Source: Pseudomonadota bacterium (GTDB lineage: Bacteria > Pseudomonadota > Gammaproteobacteria > UBA9214). Taken from it: a stretch of 64,000 nt of DNA. A program made the translations under genes and the position numbers. Within the stretch, counting starts at the first letter, position 1, and the number at the start of each line of letters is the position of its first letter. Where the stretch lies: contig JBDLIH010000001.1 in NCBI GenBank assembly GCA_039714975.1, positions 34,756 through 98,755 of the forward strand, written 5' to 3'. The notes beneath the pieces are model-generated. The model was not told the origin of the DNA. It worked only from the letters and a program-made list of their open reading frames with translations, and ran no database searches. Positions 10,639 to 21,576 of the stretch are shown one piece after another.

Positions 10639-10676
10639 CAAGGATATCCTGAATAAAGGCCGCCCTGCTCCTGGTG

Positions 10677-11429
10677 CTAGATCGGCCGCGCCTCCCGCAT
10701 CAGCCGTTTCATGTCTGCAACAGCCGTTGCCAGCCCGGTAAAAACGGCCTGCGCAATAATGGCGTGACCAATATTCAACTCACGGATCTCCGGGATGGCC
10801 GCGATCTGTTTTACATTGTGATAGTGCAACCCATGACCGGCATGCACCGTTAGCCCGGCAGCAACGCCCTGGCGAACCGCCTCCACGATACGGGCCAGTT
10901 CCCCGGCCTGCTGCGACGCATCACCGGCATCGGCAAAATGACCGGTATGGATCTCAATACAGGGGGCACCTGATTCGGCGGCCGCAGCAATCTGCCCGGG
11001 ATCGGCATCAATAAACAGGGAGACACGGATACCGGCTGCCTGCAGACATGCACAGGCCTCGCGTATCCGGGGTAACTGGCCAGCAACATCAAGCCCGCCC
11101 TCGGTGGTCAATTCCTCACGCCGCTCGGGTACCAGACAACAGTCCTCCGGTTGTACCCGTTCGGCAAACGCCAACATGTCGTCTGTCACCGCCATTTCCA
11201 GATTCATACGGGTCTGCAAAATATCTTTCAGCATCAGCACGTCACGTTCCTGGATATGACGGCGGTCTTCACGCAAGTGCAGCGTGATGCTGTCTGCACC
11301 GGCCTGTTCCGATTCGATGGCCGCCTGCACCGGGTCCGGATAGCGCGTACCCCGTGCCTGACGCAGCGTCGCGACGTGATCAATATTCACACCCAGCAAC
11401 AATTCAGCATCGTGTCCCATAGTCTTCAA
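10677..11429 (-). CDS. pdxJ: Pyridoxine 5'-phosphate synthase
   Basis: [30 protein letters not shown]...[12 protein letters not shown]: strong PdxJ identity. Start ATG overlaps the recO stop as ATGA (11426-11429). Confidence 0.93.
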   Translation of the reverse strand: MKTMGHDAELLLGVNIDHVATLRQARGTRYPDPVQAAIESEQAGADSITLHLREDRRHIQERDVLMLKDILQTRMNLEMAVTDDMLAFAERVQPEDCCLVPERREELTTEGGLDVAGQLPRIREACACLQAAGIRVSLFIDADPGQIAAAAESGAPCIEIHTGHFADAGDASQQAGELARIVEAVRQGVAAGLTVHAGHGLHYHNVKQIAAIPEIRELNIGHAIIAQAVFTGLATAVADMKRLMREARPI

Positions 11430-12196
11430 CCTGTCCCTTGATTAGCCGCTGTTGCCACCGTTTCACGCTGTCCTGCATGTGACATAACCGACAACTGGCG
11501 TAACACTTCCCGGGTACGCAACGGCCGTGCGCCCAGATACAGTGCCAGCGCTGCACGCATCAGGCGTTTGACCTCGCGGCAAATCTGTGACTCCTGCAGT
11601 TCATCGCGGTGCAGTGCCAGCAGACTGGAGCCATGCAGGAAGATACCCGCATCACCTGTCTGTTGACACCGCACCGGCCCCCTCTCCAGGTGATATTCAT
11701 AGAGCAGGTCTTCCCGGACCGGCGTACCGCTGTCGAACTCGTGTTCCAGCAGCAAGCCGTAACCCAGCGACTCCAGCAGGCGTTTTTCAAAAACACGCAA
11801 TGCCTGCTCCTCGTTCATGCCCAGCATCATGATCGCCTGCTCATAGGCATCAAATATTCCGGGGTGTGGGTCATGCCGGGTCATCAGCCGCAGCAATAAC
11901 TCATTCAGATAACAGGCACACAGGATCTGGCGCCCCGGGAATATGTCAACCGCCCCGCGACTCTCCACACCTGTCAGGGTACCCAGCTCACCACGCAGAC
12001 TCCATGACAACGCCAGTGGCCGTAATATCTGCAACTGGTTCCGGCTGCGCGACCGTGCAGACCGTGCACCACGCGCAACCAGCCCGATGCGTCCGTATTC
12101 CCGGCTGAACACCTCCAGCAGCAGGCTTGAATCCCGGTAAGGGTGTTGATGCAATATCCAGGCGGGTTCGAGTGAGACTCTTGTTGTTTGCGTCAT
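11426..12196 (-). CDS. recO: DNA repair protein RecO
   Basis: 256 aa, [32 protein letters not shown]... N-terminal OB fold and C-terminal helical domain. Sits in the canonical era-recO-pdxJ order. Confidence 0.9.
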   Translation of the reverse strand: MTQTTRVSLEPAWILHQHPYRDSSLLLEVFSREYGRIGLVARGARSARSRSRNQLQILRPLALSWSLRGELGTLTGVESRGAVDIFPGRQILCACYLNELLLRLMTRHDPHPGIFDAYEQAIMMLGMNEEQALRVFEKRLLESLGYGLLLEHEFDSGTPVREDLLYEYHLERGPVRCQQTGDAGIFLHGSSLLALHRDELQESQICREVKRLMRAALALYLGARPLRTREVLRQLSVMSHAGQRETVATAANQGTG

Positions 12197-12213
12197 GTCA
12201 GATAGTCAGCAGC

Positions 12214-13113
12214 TTACTCGTCGTGAGTATATCCCAGACTGCGCAGTGCCCGCTCATCATCTGCCCAGCCCTCCTTGATCTTGACCCACAGTTTCAGGTT
12301 AACCTTGCCATCAATCAAGGCTTCAATATCCTTGCGCGCCTCTATCCCCACCTCCTTCAACAAGCGCCCCTGCCTGCCAATAACAATCGTCTTTTGACTC
12401 TTGCGCTCGACCCAGATCAGCGCATGAATATGGGTAATACCGGGTTCACTTCTGAACGACTCGATTTCCACTGTCAGTCCATACGGTAATTCCCGGCCCA
12501 GCTTGCGAAACAGCTTTTCCCTGACCAGTTCCGCTGCCAGGAACCGCACCGAGCGGTCTGTCACCTGGTCTTCCGGAAACATTGCGGGTGCCTGCGGGAG
12601 TAACGCTTCAATCGCGCTCTCCAGTGCGGCGACGTTATCTCCCTTGGTGGCTGAAATCGGAATAACCTGCTCGAAGGTGTATTTCCCGGAAAGGTCCTGC
12701 AGCCGGGGCAACAGTTCATCCCGGTTGGCAAGCAGATCGATCTTGTTCACGGCCAGTACTACCGGACAGTCTATGCTATCGAGTTTTTTCAGTACCAGAT
12801 CATCATCCTGCGTCCATTTAAAACCATCCACCAGGAACACCACCACATCAACATCCAGCAACACGCTGCTGGCCGTTCGGTTCATGTGACGATTCATGGC
12901 GCGGCCGCTGTAATCGTGAATACCAGGCGTATCCACATAGATCAGCTGTGCCGTCTCCTGTGTCTTTATGCCCAGTACACGATGGCGTGTCGTTTGCGGG
13001 CGGCGCGAGGTAATACTGATTTTCTGTCCGAGTATGCGGTTCAGGAGCGTGGACTTACCCACATTGGGCCGGCCAACCAGTGCAACGTAACCACAACGGA
13101 AAGCGCTATCCAT
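12214..13113 (-). CDS. era: GTPase Era
   Basis: G1 [15 protein letters not shown]3 DTPG, NKID and C-terminal KH domain. 299 aa. Confidence 0.95.
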   Translation of the reverse strand: MDSAFRCGYVALVGRPNVGKSTLLNRILGQKISITSRRPQTTRHRVLGIKTQETAQLIYVDTPGIHDYSGRAMNRHMNRTASSVLLDVDVVVFLVDGFKWTQDDDLVLKKLDSIDCPVVLAVNKIDLLANRDELLPRLQDLSGKYTFEQVIPISATKGDNVAALESAIEALLPQAPAMFPEDQVTDRSVRFLAAELVREKLFRKLGRELPYGLTVEIESFRSEPGITHIHALIWVERKSQKTIVIGRQGRLLKEVGIEARKDIEALIDGKVNLKLWVKIKEGWADDERALRSLGYTHDE

Positions 13114-13793
13114 TAACCAGCCTCAAGTTGCGCCAGCATGCGCTCCGCGGCTTGCTGCTCCGCATGACGACGACTGCCGCCCTGTCCGCTGGTCGAGGGC
13201 ACATCAACGTCATTGACGACACAGGTCACCTTGAAAAACTGCGCATGCGCCTGACCGCTGACACTGGAGACGGCATATTCGGGCAGGGCCTTTTGGCGGG
13301 ACTGAAGGTATTCCTGCAAGCGCGTCTTGGCATCCTTCAAAAAGGCGACTTCGGACAGTGAGGACAACTTGCTCTCGAACAGCGCGAGAATACAGACCCT
13401 GCATTCACTAAATCCGCTATCGAGATAGATGGCACCCAGCAGTGCCTCAACGGCATCCGAAAGAATGGAATCGCGATGATGACCGCCACTGCGGCGTTCA
13501 CCGGCCCCAAGCGTCAGGTATTGACCGACATCCAGGGTACGGGCAATATCCGTCAGCGATTCACGCCGGACCAGGATTGAACGCAGGCGACTCAGTTCAC
13601 CTTCCCTTGCCTGCGGGTAACGCCGGTACAGGTCTTCGGCGATGACACTGCCGAGGACAGCATCACCCAGAAACTCCAGCCGTTCATTATTACGGCTACC
13701 GGCACTGCGATGTGTAAGCGCCTGCTGCAGCAATGCCCGGTCTGTGAACTCATGACCGAGCGACCGCTCCAGCAAGCCGGTTGATTTGATCAA
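13113..13793 (-). CDS. rnc: Ribonuclease III
   Basis: [29 protein letters not shown] signature plus C-terminal dsRBD. 226 aa. Confidence 0.95.
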   Translation of the reverse strand: MIKSTGLLERSLGHEFTDRALLQQALTHRSAGSRNNERLEFLGDAVLGSVIAEDLYRRYPQAREGELSRLRSILVRRESLTDIARTLDVGQYLTLGAGERRSGGHHRDSILSDAVEALLGAIYLDSGFSECRVCILALFESKLSSLSEVAFLKDAKTRLQEYLQSRQKALPEYAVSSVSGQAHAQFFKVTCVVNDVDVPSTSGQGGSRRHAEQQAAERMLAQLEAG

Positions 13794-14158
13794 ATCCGTT
13801 TTACTTTGACCTGTTTATTAAAGTCCATTATCACAGAAATATTAAAAAACAGGGGTACACGTGACTCATACTTGGCCGTAACCAGGTAAGACTGGCCGTA
13901 GGACTTGATTTTCAGATCCTTATGGGTGATCGAGTGTACATAACTGATATCAAAACGCCGTTCTGCACTATCCCTGATCTCTGCAGGACTCCCATAACCC
14001 GAATCTTTTGTCATCGTTTCCAGAGTCGAGGATATCTTGTAGTACTCCAGATAGGACGGCAGCATCTTGAGTGTCAATAATACGAAAAATCCAATCAGGC
14101 CAAGAATTATCAGCCAGCCAATCGCTGTGACACCTTTCTGTTGATGCAAAGAATGCAT
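13790..14158 (-). CDS. DUF4845 domain-containing membrane protein
   Basis: 122 aa with a single TM (TAIGWLIILGLIGFFVLLTL), occupying the conserved slot between lepB and rnc. Overlaps the rnc start by 4 nt. Confidence 0.6.
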   Translation of the reverse strand: MHSLHQQKGVTAIGWLIILGLIGFFVLLTLKMLPSYLEYYKISSTLETMTKDSGYGSPAEIRDSAERRFDISYVHSITHKDLKIKSYGQSYLVTAKYESRVPLFFNISVIMDFNKQVKVKRI

Positions 14159-14180
14159 AGTCTTCCCTCCGTGATTTACC

Positions 14181-15008
14181 CTATTGAATTTTCATGCCGA
14201 TCCGGTCCCAATCGACACCCCCGTTCGCACCATCCCAGTTCATCCAGACACGAAACGCCTTGCCCACCAGGTTTGACTCCGGCACCGGTCCCCAGTAACG
14301 GCTGTCATTGCTGTTATCGCGATTGTCACCCATGACGAAATATTCATCTGCCCCCACAAGATACTCACCCTCGAGCCCCGGTGTGCGTGGCATCACCAGA
14401 ATATCATGTATCACGTCTCCCAGTTGCTCCTGGCGCTCACTGGCGCCTGACATGGAGATACCGGAACCGACACCAATATAGACGCCGGCCGGAACCTGTC
14501 CGATCGGTTCACCGTTGATGAAGACGATTTTGTTGTAGTAGCCGACCCGGTCACCCGGCAGTCCGACGATACGCTTGATGTAATCGACGGAAGGATCTTT
14601 TGGATAACGGAACACCACCACATCACCGCGCACGGGTTCACCCATTTCAACAATCTTGTTGTTCAGCACAGGCAGTCGTATTCCGTAGGAAAACTTGTTC
14701 ACCAGGATGAAGTCACCGGTCAGCAATGTCGGCATCATGGAGTTGGAGGGAATGCGAAACGGTTCCACCAGAAACGAGCGCAGCAACAGAACCGCAAGAA
14801 TCACCGGGAAGAATGACTTGCAATATTCGACGAACGTGGATTCTTTTAACGTCGTGATGACCTGGTCGGAGTCCTGGGCAGCCCCCCTGTCAACCAGTGC
14901 AGCTACCTTGCGACGGCGCTGCCGCGCCAGGACCAGAGCATCAAATGCCCATGCGAAACCTGTAAAAAAGGTTGCCGCAATCAGTAATGCCGGAAAATCA
15001 ATATTCAT
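14181..15008 (-). CDS. lepB: Signal peptidase I
   Basis: Two N-terminal TMs, catalytic SMMPTL (Ser) and KRIVGLPGD (Lys) boxes, GDNRDNSNDSR box. 275 aa. Confidence 0.93.
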   Translation of the reverse strand: MNIDFPALLIAATFFTGFAWAFDALVLARQRRRKVAALVDRGAAQDSDQVITTLKESTFVEYCKSFFPVILAVLLLRSFLVEPFRIPSNSMMPTLLTGDFILVNKFSYGIRLPVLNNKIVEMGEPVRGDVVVFRYPKDPSVDYIKRIVGLPGDRVGYYNKIVFINGEPIGQVPAGVYIGVGSGISMSGASERQEQLGDVIHDILVMPRTPGLEGEYLVGADEYFVMGDNRDNSNDSRYWGPVPESNLVGKAFRVWMNWDGANGGVDWDRIGMKIQ

Positions 15009-15079
15009 CGTTCCCTCATTTGCTCATGCTGATAACAACGGGTTCTGCTGATCCAGGGCCATTATATTCATAGCCATGA

Positions 15080-16879
15080 TCAGTCATCCACACGCAACAC
15101 GGCCAGAAATGCCGCCTGTGGTATCTCTACCTTGCCAAACTGTTTCATGCGTTTCTTGCCAGCCTTTTGCTTCTCCAGTAACTTGCGCTTGCGGGTGATA
15201 TCGCCACCATAACATTTTGCTGTCACATTTTTACGTAATGCCTTGACTGTGGTGCGTGCAATAATCTGTGCCCCAATCGCCGCCTGGATGGCGACATCAT
15301 ACATCTGCCGCGGGATCAGTTCCTTCATCTTGCTTGCCAGTGCCCGGCCACGGGACTGCGAGGCATCGCGGTGTACAATCAGCGACAGGGCATCAACCCG
15401 CTCGCCATTGATGAGCACATCCAGCTTGATCAGCGGGGCGGCCTGGAAACGCAGGAAATGGTAGTCGAACGAGGCATAACCCCGGCTTACCGACTTGAGC
15501 CGGTCAAAGAAGTCCAGCACGATCTCGCTCATGGGTAATTCATAATTCAGTGACACCTGGCTGCCAAGGTACTGCATATCCTTCTGTACCCCGCGCTTCT
15601 CGATACACAGCGTAATCACACTGCCCAGATAATCCTGCGGCACCAGAATGTTTGCCAGGATAATCGGCTCACGAATCTCTTCAATTTTATTGACCGGTGG
15701 CAGACTGGCCGGGTTGTCGATCCTGATGACCTCCCCGCTACTGTCCAGCACCTCATAGATGACGGTCGGTGCGGTGGTAATCAGGTCGAGATCATACTCC
15801 CGTTCCAGCCGCTCCTGTACGATTTCCATGTGCAGCATACCGAGAAAGCCGCAGCGAAAGCCAAAACCCAGCGCCTCCGAAGTCTCCGGCTCATAATGCA
15901 GTGCCGCATCATTCAGCCGCAGCTTCTGCAAGGCATCACGCAGGTTTTCGTAGTCATCCGAGCTGACCGGGTAAAGGCCGGCGAACACATTGGGCTGCAC
16001 GGTCTTGAACCCGGGCAGTGCCTCCTCGGCCGGATCGTTTACCAGTGTCAGGGTATCGCCCACGGGCGCACCATCGATGTCCTTGATGCCGGCAACCAGA
16101 AAGCCGACGTCACCGGCGACCAGTTCTTCCCGGTCCAGCGGTTTCGGTGTGAATACACCCAGCTTTTCAACCTGGAAATGACGCCCGGTCGACATGACGC
16201 GAATCTTGTCACGGCGTGACAGGCGGCCGTCCACCACACGGACCAGCGACACCACGCCGACATAGTTATCAAACCAGGAATCGACAATCAGCACCTTCAG
16301 CGGGGCATCCACATTACCGCGTGGCGGCGGGATGCGGCGGATCAGTTCTTCCAGGATATCCGGCACACCCTCACCGGTCTTGGCACTCACCAGCACAGCG
16401 TCACCGGCATCAATGCCGATGATCTCTTCAATTTCCTGCTTTACCCGCTCGGGGTCAGCCGCTGGCAGGTCGATCTTGTTCAGCACCGGTACGACTTCAA
16501 GATCCAGATCAATTGCGGTATAGCAGTTCGCGACACTCTGGGCCTCGACCCCCTGGGCGGCATCGACAATCAACAGGGCGCCTTCACAGGCAGCCAGTGA
16601 ACGTGACACTTCGTAGGAAAAATCCACATGTCCCGGGGTATCAATCAGGTTGAGTTCATAATCCTGCCCCGAGCGCGACTTGTAGTTCAGGGAGACACTC
16701 TGTGCCTTGATGGTAATGCCGCGTTCGCGCTCCAGGTCCATGGAATCAAGCACCTGATTCTCCATCTCGCGGTCGCTGAGTCCCCCGCACAACTGGATAA
16801 AACGGTCTGCCAGCGTGGACTTGCCGTGATCGATATGCGCAATGATTGAGAAATTGCGGACGTGCTGGCTATCTGTCAT
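15080..16879 (-). CDS. lepA: Elongation factor 4
   Basis: [21 protein letters not shown]-domain and the LepA-specific C-terminal domain. 599 aa. Confidence 0.96.
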   Translation of the reverse strand: MTDSQHVRNFSIIAHIDHGKSTLADRFIQLCGGLSDREMENQVLDSMDLERERGITIKAQSVSLNYKSRSGQDYELNLIDTPGHVDFSYEVSRSLAACEGALLIVDAAQGVEAQSVANCYTAIDLDLEVVPVLNKIDLPAADPERVKQEIEEIIGIDAGDAVLVSAKTGEGVPDILEELIRRIPPPRGNVDAPLKVLIVDSWFDNYVGVVSLVRVVDGRLSRRDKIRVMSTGRHFQVEKLGVFTPKPLDREELVAGDVGFLVAGIKDIDGAPVGDTLTLVNDPAEEALPGFKTVQPNVFAGLYPVSSDDYENLRDALQKLRLNDAALHYEPETSEALGFGFRCGFLGMLHMEIVQERLEREYDLDLITTAPTVIYEVLDSSGEVIRIDNPASLPPVNKIEEIREPIILANILVPQDYLGSVITLCIEKRGVQKDMQYLGSQVSLNYELPMSEIVLDFFDRLKSVSRGYASFDYHFLRFQAAPLIKLDVLINGERVDALSLIVHRDASQSRGRALASKMKELIPRQMYDVAIQAAIGAQIIARTTVKALRKNVTAKCYGGDITRKRKLLEKQKAGKKRMKQFGKVEIPQAAFLAVLRVDD

Positions 16880-17097
16880 GAAAATAAGCGCGCTGCTCCC
16901 GAACGCGACGCTCAGGAATGCGGGTTACGGTTGGGAAACAAGCGTCTTGGCTACACGGCCAGGTTATCAGTAAGACATTGATTATACAGTAACCCTGTAG
17001 CAAGTCACCCATCTGCCGAAAATCAGCCGCTAGCCCGCATTTCTTACGGGGTGGCGGGATGATCGCACAGGAATCGGGATTAACAAGCGAGGACTCG

Positions 17098-17358
17098 TCA
17101 ATCCCGTGAGGAGCGCGGGCTTAACTGCAGATGCTCGCGCAAGCACGCTTCCTCCAGAAAGTAGTAACAAATCTCAACCTCCCCGGCCGCCAGCACCGGC
17201 ACCCGGGTATCGTAGCGGCGCCGCAACTCGGGATCGGAATCGATATCCACGCCCAGTAACTGAAAACCGAGTTCGGGACGCAGGCGCTCCAGCGCCTGCA
17301 TCATGTCACTGCATAAATGACACCCACGACGTGTATAGACCGTCAGTTGCTGCATCAA
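17098..17358 (-). CDS. Glutaredoxin-like protein (DUF836 family)
   Basis: 86 aa, YTRRGCHLCSDM CxxC motif and thioredoxin-fold spacing. Lies between mucD/degP and lepA. Confidence 0.6.
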   Translation of the reverse strand: MMQQLTVYTRRGCHLCSDMMQALERLRPELGFQLLGVDIDSDPELRRRYDTRVPVLAAGEVEICYYFLEEACLREHLQLSPRSSRD

Positions 17359-17385
17359 TCAGGCACCACCGCTGGCATGAAACAA

Positions 17386-18816
17386 TCAGTCCTCTGCCGG
17401 CACCTTGATGGCGAGGAAGGTCGGGCTGCCACTCCGCTGCACCAGCAGGGCCACCGATTTGCCGGCCGGCAGTCCCTTGACTGTTTTCTCGAACTGCTGG
17501 AGATCCGTAACCGGTTTATTGTCAATCGCCAGGATAATATCGTCCTTGCGAACACCTGCCTGGGAAGCCGGCCCGGTGACCATGTGAGTCACCAGCACTC
17601 CGTCTTCAATCTCCAGTTCTTCCTTTTGTTCGTTACTGAGATCAGCGGCAGTGAACCCCAGCCGGTTGGCCGTTTTCTTCTCGGACTTGACATCAGCCTG
17701 TGCAACACTCTGATCATCCGGCAATTCACCCAATTTGACGTTCAGGGTCTTTTCCCGGCCATTGCGGATGACGGTCACCGGCAGTTTCACACCCACCTTG
17801 GAGCTGCCGACGATTGGCGGCAAATTGGAGGAATTCATCACCTTCTGCTTGTTGAACTCGACAATGATGTCACCCACGTTGATGCCCGATGCCAGTGCAG
17901 GACTTTCCGGAAGCACCTTTGCCACCAGTGCACCGCGCGGATGTTTCATACCAAAGGACTCGGCCAGATCCAGCGTTACATCCTGAATCAACACACCGAG
18001 CCAGCCACGACTCACTTTGCCGCTGGTCTTCAACTGGTCTGCCACATCCATCGCCACTTCGATCGGAATGGAAAAAGACAGGCCCATATAACCACCGGTG
18101 CGGCTGTATATCTGCGAGTTCACGCCGACCACCTCGCCTTCCTGGTTGAACAGCGGCCCTCCGGAATTACCGGGATTGATGGCAACATCCGTCTGGATGA
18201 ACGGCACATAGTTTTCCCGTGGCAGGCTGCGTCCCTTGGCACTGACAATACCGGCCGTCGCGGAATGATCGAAGCCAAACGGTGAGCCAATCGCCAGGAC
18301 CCACTCGCCCACTTCCAGCTCACTCGATTTGCCAATTTTCACGACTGGCAGGCCGGTCGCCTCTATCTTCAGCAAGGCAACATCACTGCGGGCATCAGCG
18401 CCGATGATTTCAGCCTTCAACTCCCGCCGGTCACTCAGGCGAACGATAACTTCATCCGCATCCTTGACGACATGGTAGTTGGTCATCACATAACCATCCT
18501 TGGAGATAATAAAACCCGAGCCCAGAGACTTCGCATCATGGTAACCGGGATCACCCTGCTCTTCCTGCTCGAAGAAATATTTGAACAGCTCGCCAAACGG
18601 GCTACCCTCCGGAAACTCGGGCATTTCAAACCCTTCCGGAAGCTCCGGCATGCCGGCCTGGATCTTTTGCGTGGTACTGATATTGACGACAGCACTGCTG
18701 GTCTCCTTCACCAGGTCAACAAAGGTGGGAAGGTGATTTGCCCGGGCAGCTTGCATGCCCCACAGGAAAACACCCAGGAACAGGACATACAGTGAAAACT
18801 TGCTAACATTCAACAT
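17386..18816 (-). CDS. Periplasmic serine endoprotease DegP/MucD (HtrA family) with two PDZ domains
   Basis: Catalytic triad context (MTNYHVV, D..., GNSGGPL). Start chosen at MLNVSKF (ATG 18816, GGAGAG RBS) rather than the track's 18831. Follows rseC as in the rpoE-rseABC-mucD operon. Confidence 0.9.
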   Translation of the reverse strand: MLNVSKFSLYVLFLGVFLWGMQAARANHLPTFVDLVKETSSAVVNISTTQKIQAGMPELPEGFEMPEFPEGSPFGELFKYFFEQEEQGDPGYHDAKSLGSGFIISKDGYVMTNYHVVKDADEVIVRLSDRRELKAEIIGADARSDVALLKIEATGLPVVKIGKSSELEVGEWVLAIGSPFGFDHSATAGIVSAKGRSLPRENYVPFIQTDVAINPGNSGGPLFNQEGEVVGVNSQIYSRTGGYMGLSFSIPIEVAMDVADQLKTSGKVSRGWLGVLIQDVTLDLAESFGMKHPRGALVAKVLPESPALASGINVGDIIVEFNKQKVMNSSNLPPIVGSSKVGVKLPVTVIRNGREKTLNVKLGELPDDQSVAQADVKSEKKTANRLGFTAADLSNEQKEELEIEDGVLVTHMVTGPASQAGVRKDDIILAIDNKPVTDLQQFEKTVKGLPAGKSVALLVQRSGSPTFLAIKVPAED

Positions 18817-18856
18817 ACACTTACTCTCCATACCAATTATCAGTCATCATGCCACT

Positions 18857-19324
18857 TTAAACTATATTTCCGGCCTTGATCTGTTGTCGAAGCACCACTG
18901 GCTGATAGGCCGCATCCTGCTCCGTATTCCGGCTGAAACGCTTCAGCCAGATCAATGCCACAACAAAACCGCTGCTTGCACCAACAATAGACAGCAAATC
19001 AGACTGCATGGCTAACAGCTGATGCCCCAGTAGCTGACCGGCCAGCGCACCGGCAAACAGGCCAAGCAACGGGACCGCATACACCGCCAGTGAGCCGCGC
19101 ACCAGACCGGACTCGGCTATACCGACTACCACGTTATCACCGACAGACGCATTGATACGGTTCAACACCCGCAGCCGCACCCGGCGCTGTCCGAGTACTT
19201 TTGCAATCGCCGAGGTACCGCAGCCCTTGCGCACAGTACAGCTACCGCAGGCGGTGGCGCGTGCACTCTCAATCCAGGCAAACTCACCCTGTACCTCAAC
19301 GACCTGTCCGGATTCCTCTATCAT
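18857..19324 (-). CDS. rseC: Sigma-E regulatory protein RseC (SoxR-reducing system RseC/MucC family)
   Basis: 155 aa with an N-terminal cysteine cluster (ACGSCTVRKGCG) and two C-terminal TMs. Position after rseB. Confidence 0.8.
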   Translation of the reverse strand: MIEESGQVVEVQGEFAWIESARATACGSCTVRKGCGTSAIAKVLGQRRVRLRVLNRINASVGDNVVVGIAESGLVRGSLAVYAVPLLGLFAGALAGQLLGHQLLAMQSDLLSIVGASSGFVVALIWLKRFSRNTEQDAAYQPVVLRQQIKAGNIV

Positions 19325-19334
19325 GGACAGAGCA

Positions 19335-20336
19335 CTAGCGTTTGCTTACCGAACGAGCCACACTCTGCACAGTTGCCGCAGGCACTTCACCCACGACAGT
19401 AACCTGGTAGTCGCCAAGCACGGTTCCATATGCATTCATGGCACCCATGTTAGAAAGACCGGTGAATTCTGTATCATTCGCCATCATTTTTTCCACGTAA
19501 ACCGAGACCGTTGCCAGACCATCAGTAAATACCATGTGTTCCGCATGTTCACCACCCTGACGCACCCGCCTGCGCTGGGAATCAGTCATTTTAAAGCCTG
19601 CCGGCAGCAGCGCTACGGTCCAGGTCGACTGCACCGGGTTGACTGCAGGGTTCTCGCCGCCGCTCTCCTGGCGGAACCAGTTATAACCTTCGCCGGTGAG
19701 GGACGGCTCAAGGGAAGCGGCGGGGATCCGGTCACCGACTTTCAGACCGGTAAACATGACCTGTTCGATGGCCGTGCCGTCCACATCGTTTAATTCAAAC
19801 TTGAGCAACATAAAGTTCGTTGTATCGATCCAGAAACGGTAACCGTATCGATATTTATCGCGTGGTGCGATGGCTATCACCCGGGCCATCACTCCGGCAA
19901 CGCGGTCTTCTCCAACATCGCGCAACTGGTAGTAGGGTGACAGACTGTCCAGGTCCTCGGGGACATCGGGAAACGGTTGCCGTGGCCGACTCTGCCCCAC
20001 CATGACGGACTTGTTGTCCGGCATGATGCAGGTCACGACCTTATCATCCCGTAGCACCTCACGCGCACTGCCGGTCAGGGCAATCAAGCGTTCCTTTTCA
20101 CCACCCGGGCTTGCCTGGTGTACGATACGCATCGCCTCCAGCTTGCCACCATGGAGATAGACAAAGGTGCCGTCGTAGTTGAGTGTCTGCAACGCGACGG
20201 ACATGCTGTCCAGCCATTGGCGAGCACTATCCGGGGAAGAATCACCTGTTGCAAAAGCAGGCTGCAGGGGAACCAGCCCGGCAAGGACCAGTGAAGCAAG
20301 CAGCAGCCATTTCACGCCTTTATTCCTTGGCATCAA
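19335..20336 (-). CDS. rseB: Sigma-E regulatory protein RseB (MucB)
   Basis: 333 aa periplasmic protein with signal peptide. MucB/RseB family similarity throughout (LNYDGTFVYLHGG...). Confidence 0.88.
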   Translation of the reverse strand: MMPRNKGVKWLLLASLVLAGLVPLQPAFATGDSSPDSARQWLDSMSVALQTLNYDGTFVYLHGGKLEAMRIVHQASPGGEKERLIALTGSAREVLRDDKVVTCIMPDNKSVMVGQSRPRQPFPDVPEDLDSLSPYYQLRDVGEDRVAGVMARVIAIAPRDKYRYGYRFWIDTTNFMLLKFELNDVDGTAIEQVMFTGLKVGDRIPAASLEPSLTGEGYNWFRQESGGENPAVNPVQSTWTVALLPAGFKMTDSQRRRVRQGGEHAEHMVFTDGLATVSVYVEKMMANDTEFTGLSNMGAMNAYGTVLGDYQVTVVGEVPAATVQSVARSVSKR

Positions 20337-20862
20337 CGTTCATTTCATGACCAACAAGACGCACATAGGGCAACATGCCACGATTCACGGCGTACTCGTT
20401 ATGATTGACCAGATAGGCATCGAGGCTTTGTGGTGCCTGCGGAGAGCTGACAGGCAGTGGCCTGATATCGGCACGCAGGTAGTCTTGTGCAACAGGCGCA
20501 GATGCCATTGCCGGTGCCGATGAGGGTTCATTACGAATGGACTGCAGTGATAACACGGCAACAACCGCAACAGAGGCCGCAACGGCCAGCCCCGCAACCG
20601 GCTTGAACAGGCCGGCAAACCGCGGCGCTTCGACATGCACGGCCGACTCCTCCTGTAATGCGGCCTGTATGCTTTTGTGAAAGCCGGCATCGACCCGGGG
20701 AGGTAAATGATTCTGCAGGGCATCACTGATGATCTGGTAACGTGCCAGACGCTCGCGCAGGGCAGGATCTGTGCCCAGTTGCCTGACCAGTAATGCCTGT
20801 TCGGCAGCTACCAGTTCATCATCAACCAGTGCAGATAATTGTTCGTGTAGTTTCTCTTTCAT
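20320..20862 (-). CDS. rseA: Anti-sigma-E factor RseA (MucA)
   Basis: N-terminal anti-sigma domain LSALVDDEL...ARYQIISDAL, central TM, periplasmic C-terminus. Overlaps the rseB start. Confidence 0.88.
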   Translation of the reverse strand: MKEKLHEQLSALVDDELVAAEQALLVRQLGTDPALRERLARYQIISDALQNHLPPRVDAGFHKSIQAALQEESAVHVEAPRFAGLFKPVAGLAVAASVAVVAVLSLQSIRNEPSSAPAMASAPVAQDYLRADIRPLPVSSPQAPQSLDAYLVNHNEYAVNRGMLPYVRLVGHEMNVDAKE

Positions 20863-20882
20863 AGTGACAAGCCCGTGTAGTC

Positions 20883-21458
20883 CTAATCCAGCAAGGGTTT
20901 CAAACGTGTGTCGATTGCATCCCTTGCCCTGAAGATTCTTGAGCGCACCGTCCCGATGGGGCAGTCCATGGTCTGTGCAATCTCTTCATAACTCAATCCT
21001 TCCAGCTCGCGCAGGATGATTGCTGTTCTCAATTCATCCGGTAACTCGTCTATCGCCTTTGCAATCGAATCCTGGATCTCATCCTTGAGCAGCAATCGTT
21101 CCGGTGTTGCATACTCCTTCAGACCCGTGGCACCTTCATATTGTTCCGCATCCTGGGCATCAATATCGCTTTTCGGTGGCCGGCGACCACCGGCGACCAG
21201 ATAATTCTTGGCAGTATTGATGGCGATCCGGTAGAGCCAGGTATAAAACGCACTGTCGCCCCGGAAGCGGCCAATTGCCTTGTAGGCCTTGATGAAGGCC
21301 TCCTGCGCCACGTCCCGCGCCTCTTCCGGATCATGTACGTAGCGATAGACCAACTGGGTGATTTTGTTCTGATATTTAAGGACCAGGATGTCAAACGCCT
21401 GTTTTTCACCCTCTTGAACCCTCTCAACCAGTGCCTGATCTATGCTTCGTTCGCCCAT
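20883..21458 (-). CDS. rpoE: RNA polymerase sigma-E (sigma-24, AlgU)
   Basis: DQALVERVQEGEKQAFDILVLKYQNK..., region 2 and region 4 motifs colinear with RpoE. 191 aa. Confidence 0.96.
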   Translation of the reverse strand: MGERSIDQALVERVQEGEKQAFDILVLKYQNKITQLVYRYVHDPEEARDVAQEAFIKAYKAIGRFRGDSAFYTWLYRIAINTAKNYLVAGGRRPPKSDIDAQDAEQYEGATGLKEYATPERLLLKDEIQDSIAKAIDELPDELRTAIILRELEGLSYEEIAQTMDCPIGTVRSRIFRARDAIDTRLKPLLD

Positions 21459-21576
21459 CCGGGCTGTCTCCCCTCAACCCGCCACTATCCAAATGGACCC
21501 TGCCCGTAGCGAATAGTTCAGTGTTAGTGTATAAAAATCAGATGCTTCCACAGAAAATACAGCAACCCGCCAACAT

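Noticed and set aside
17317-18285. 322 aa plus-strand ORF
   Set aside because: Antisense to the degP/mucD gene, which has clear HtrA catalytic and PDZ motifs on the minus strand.
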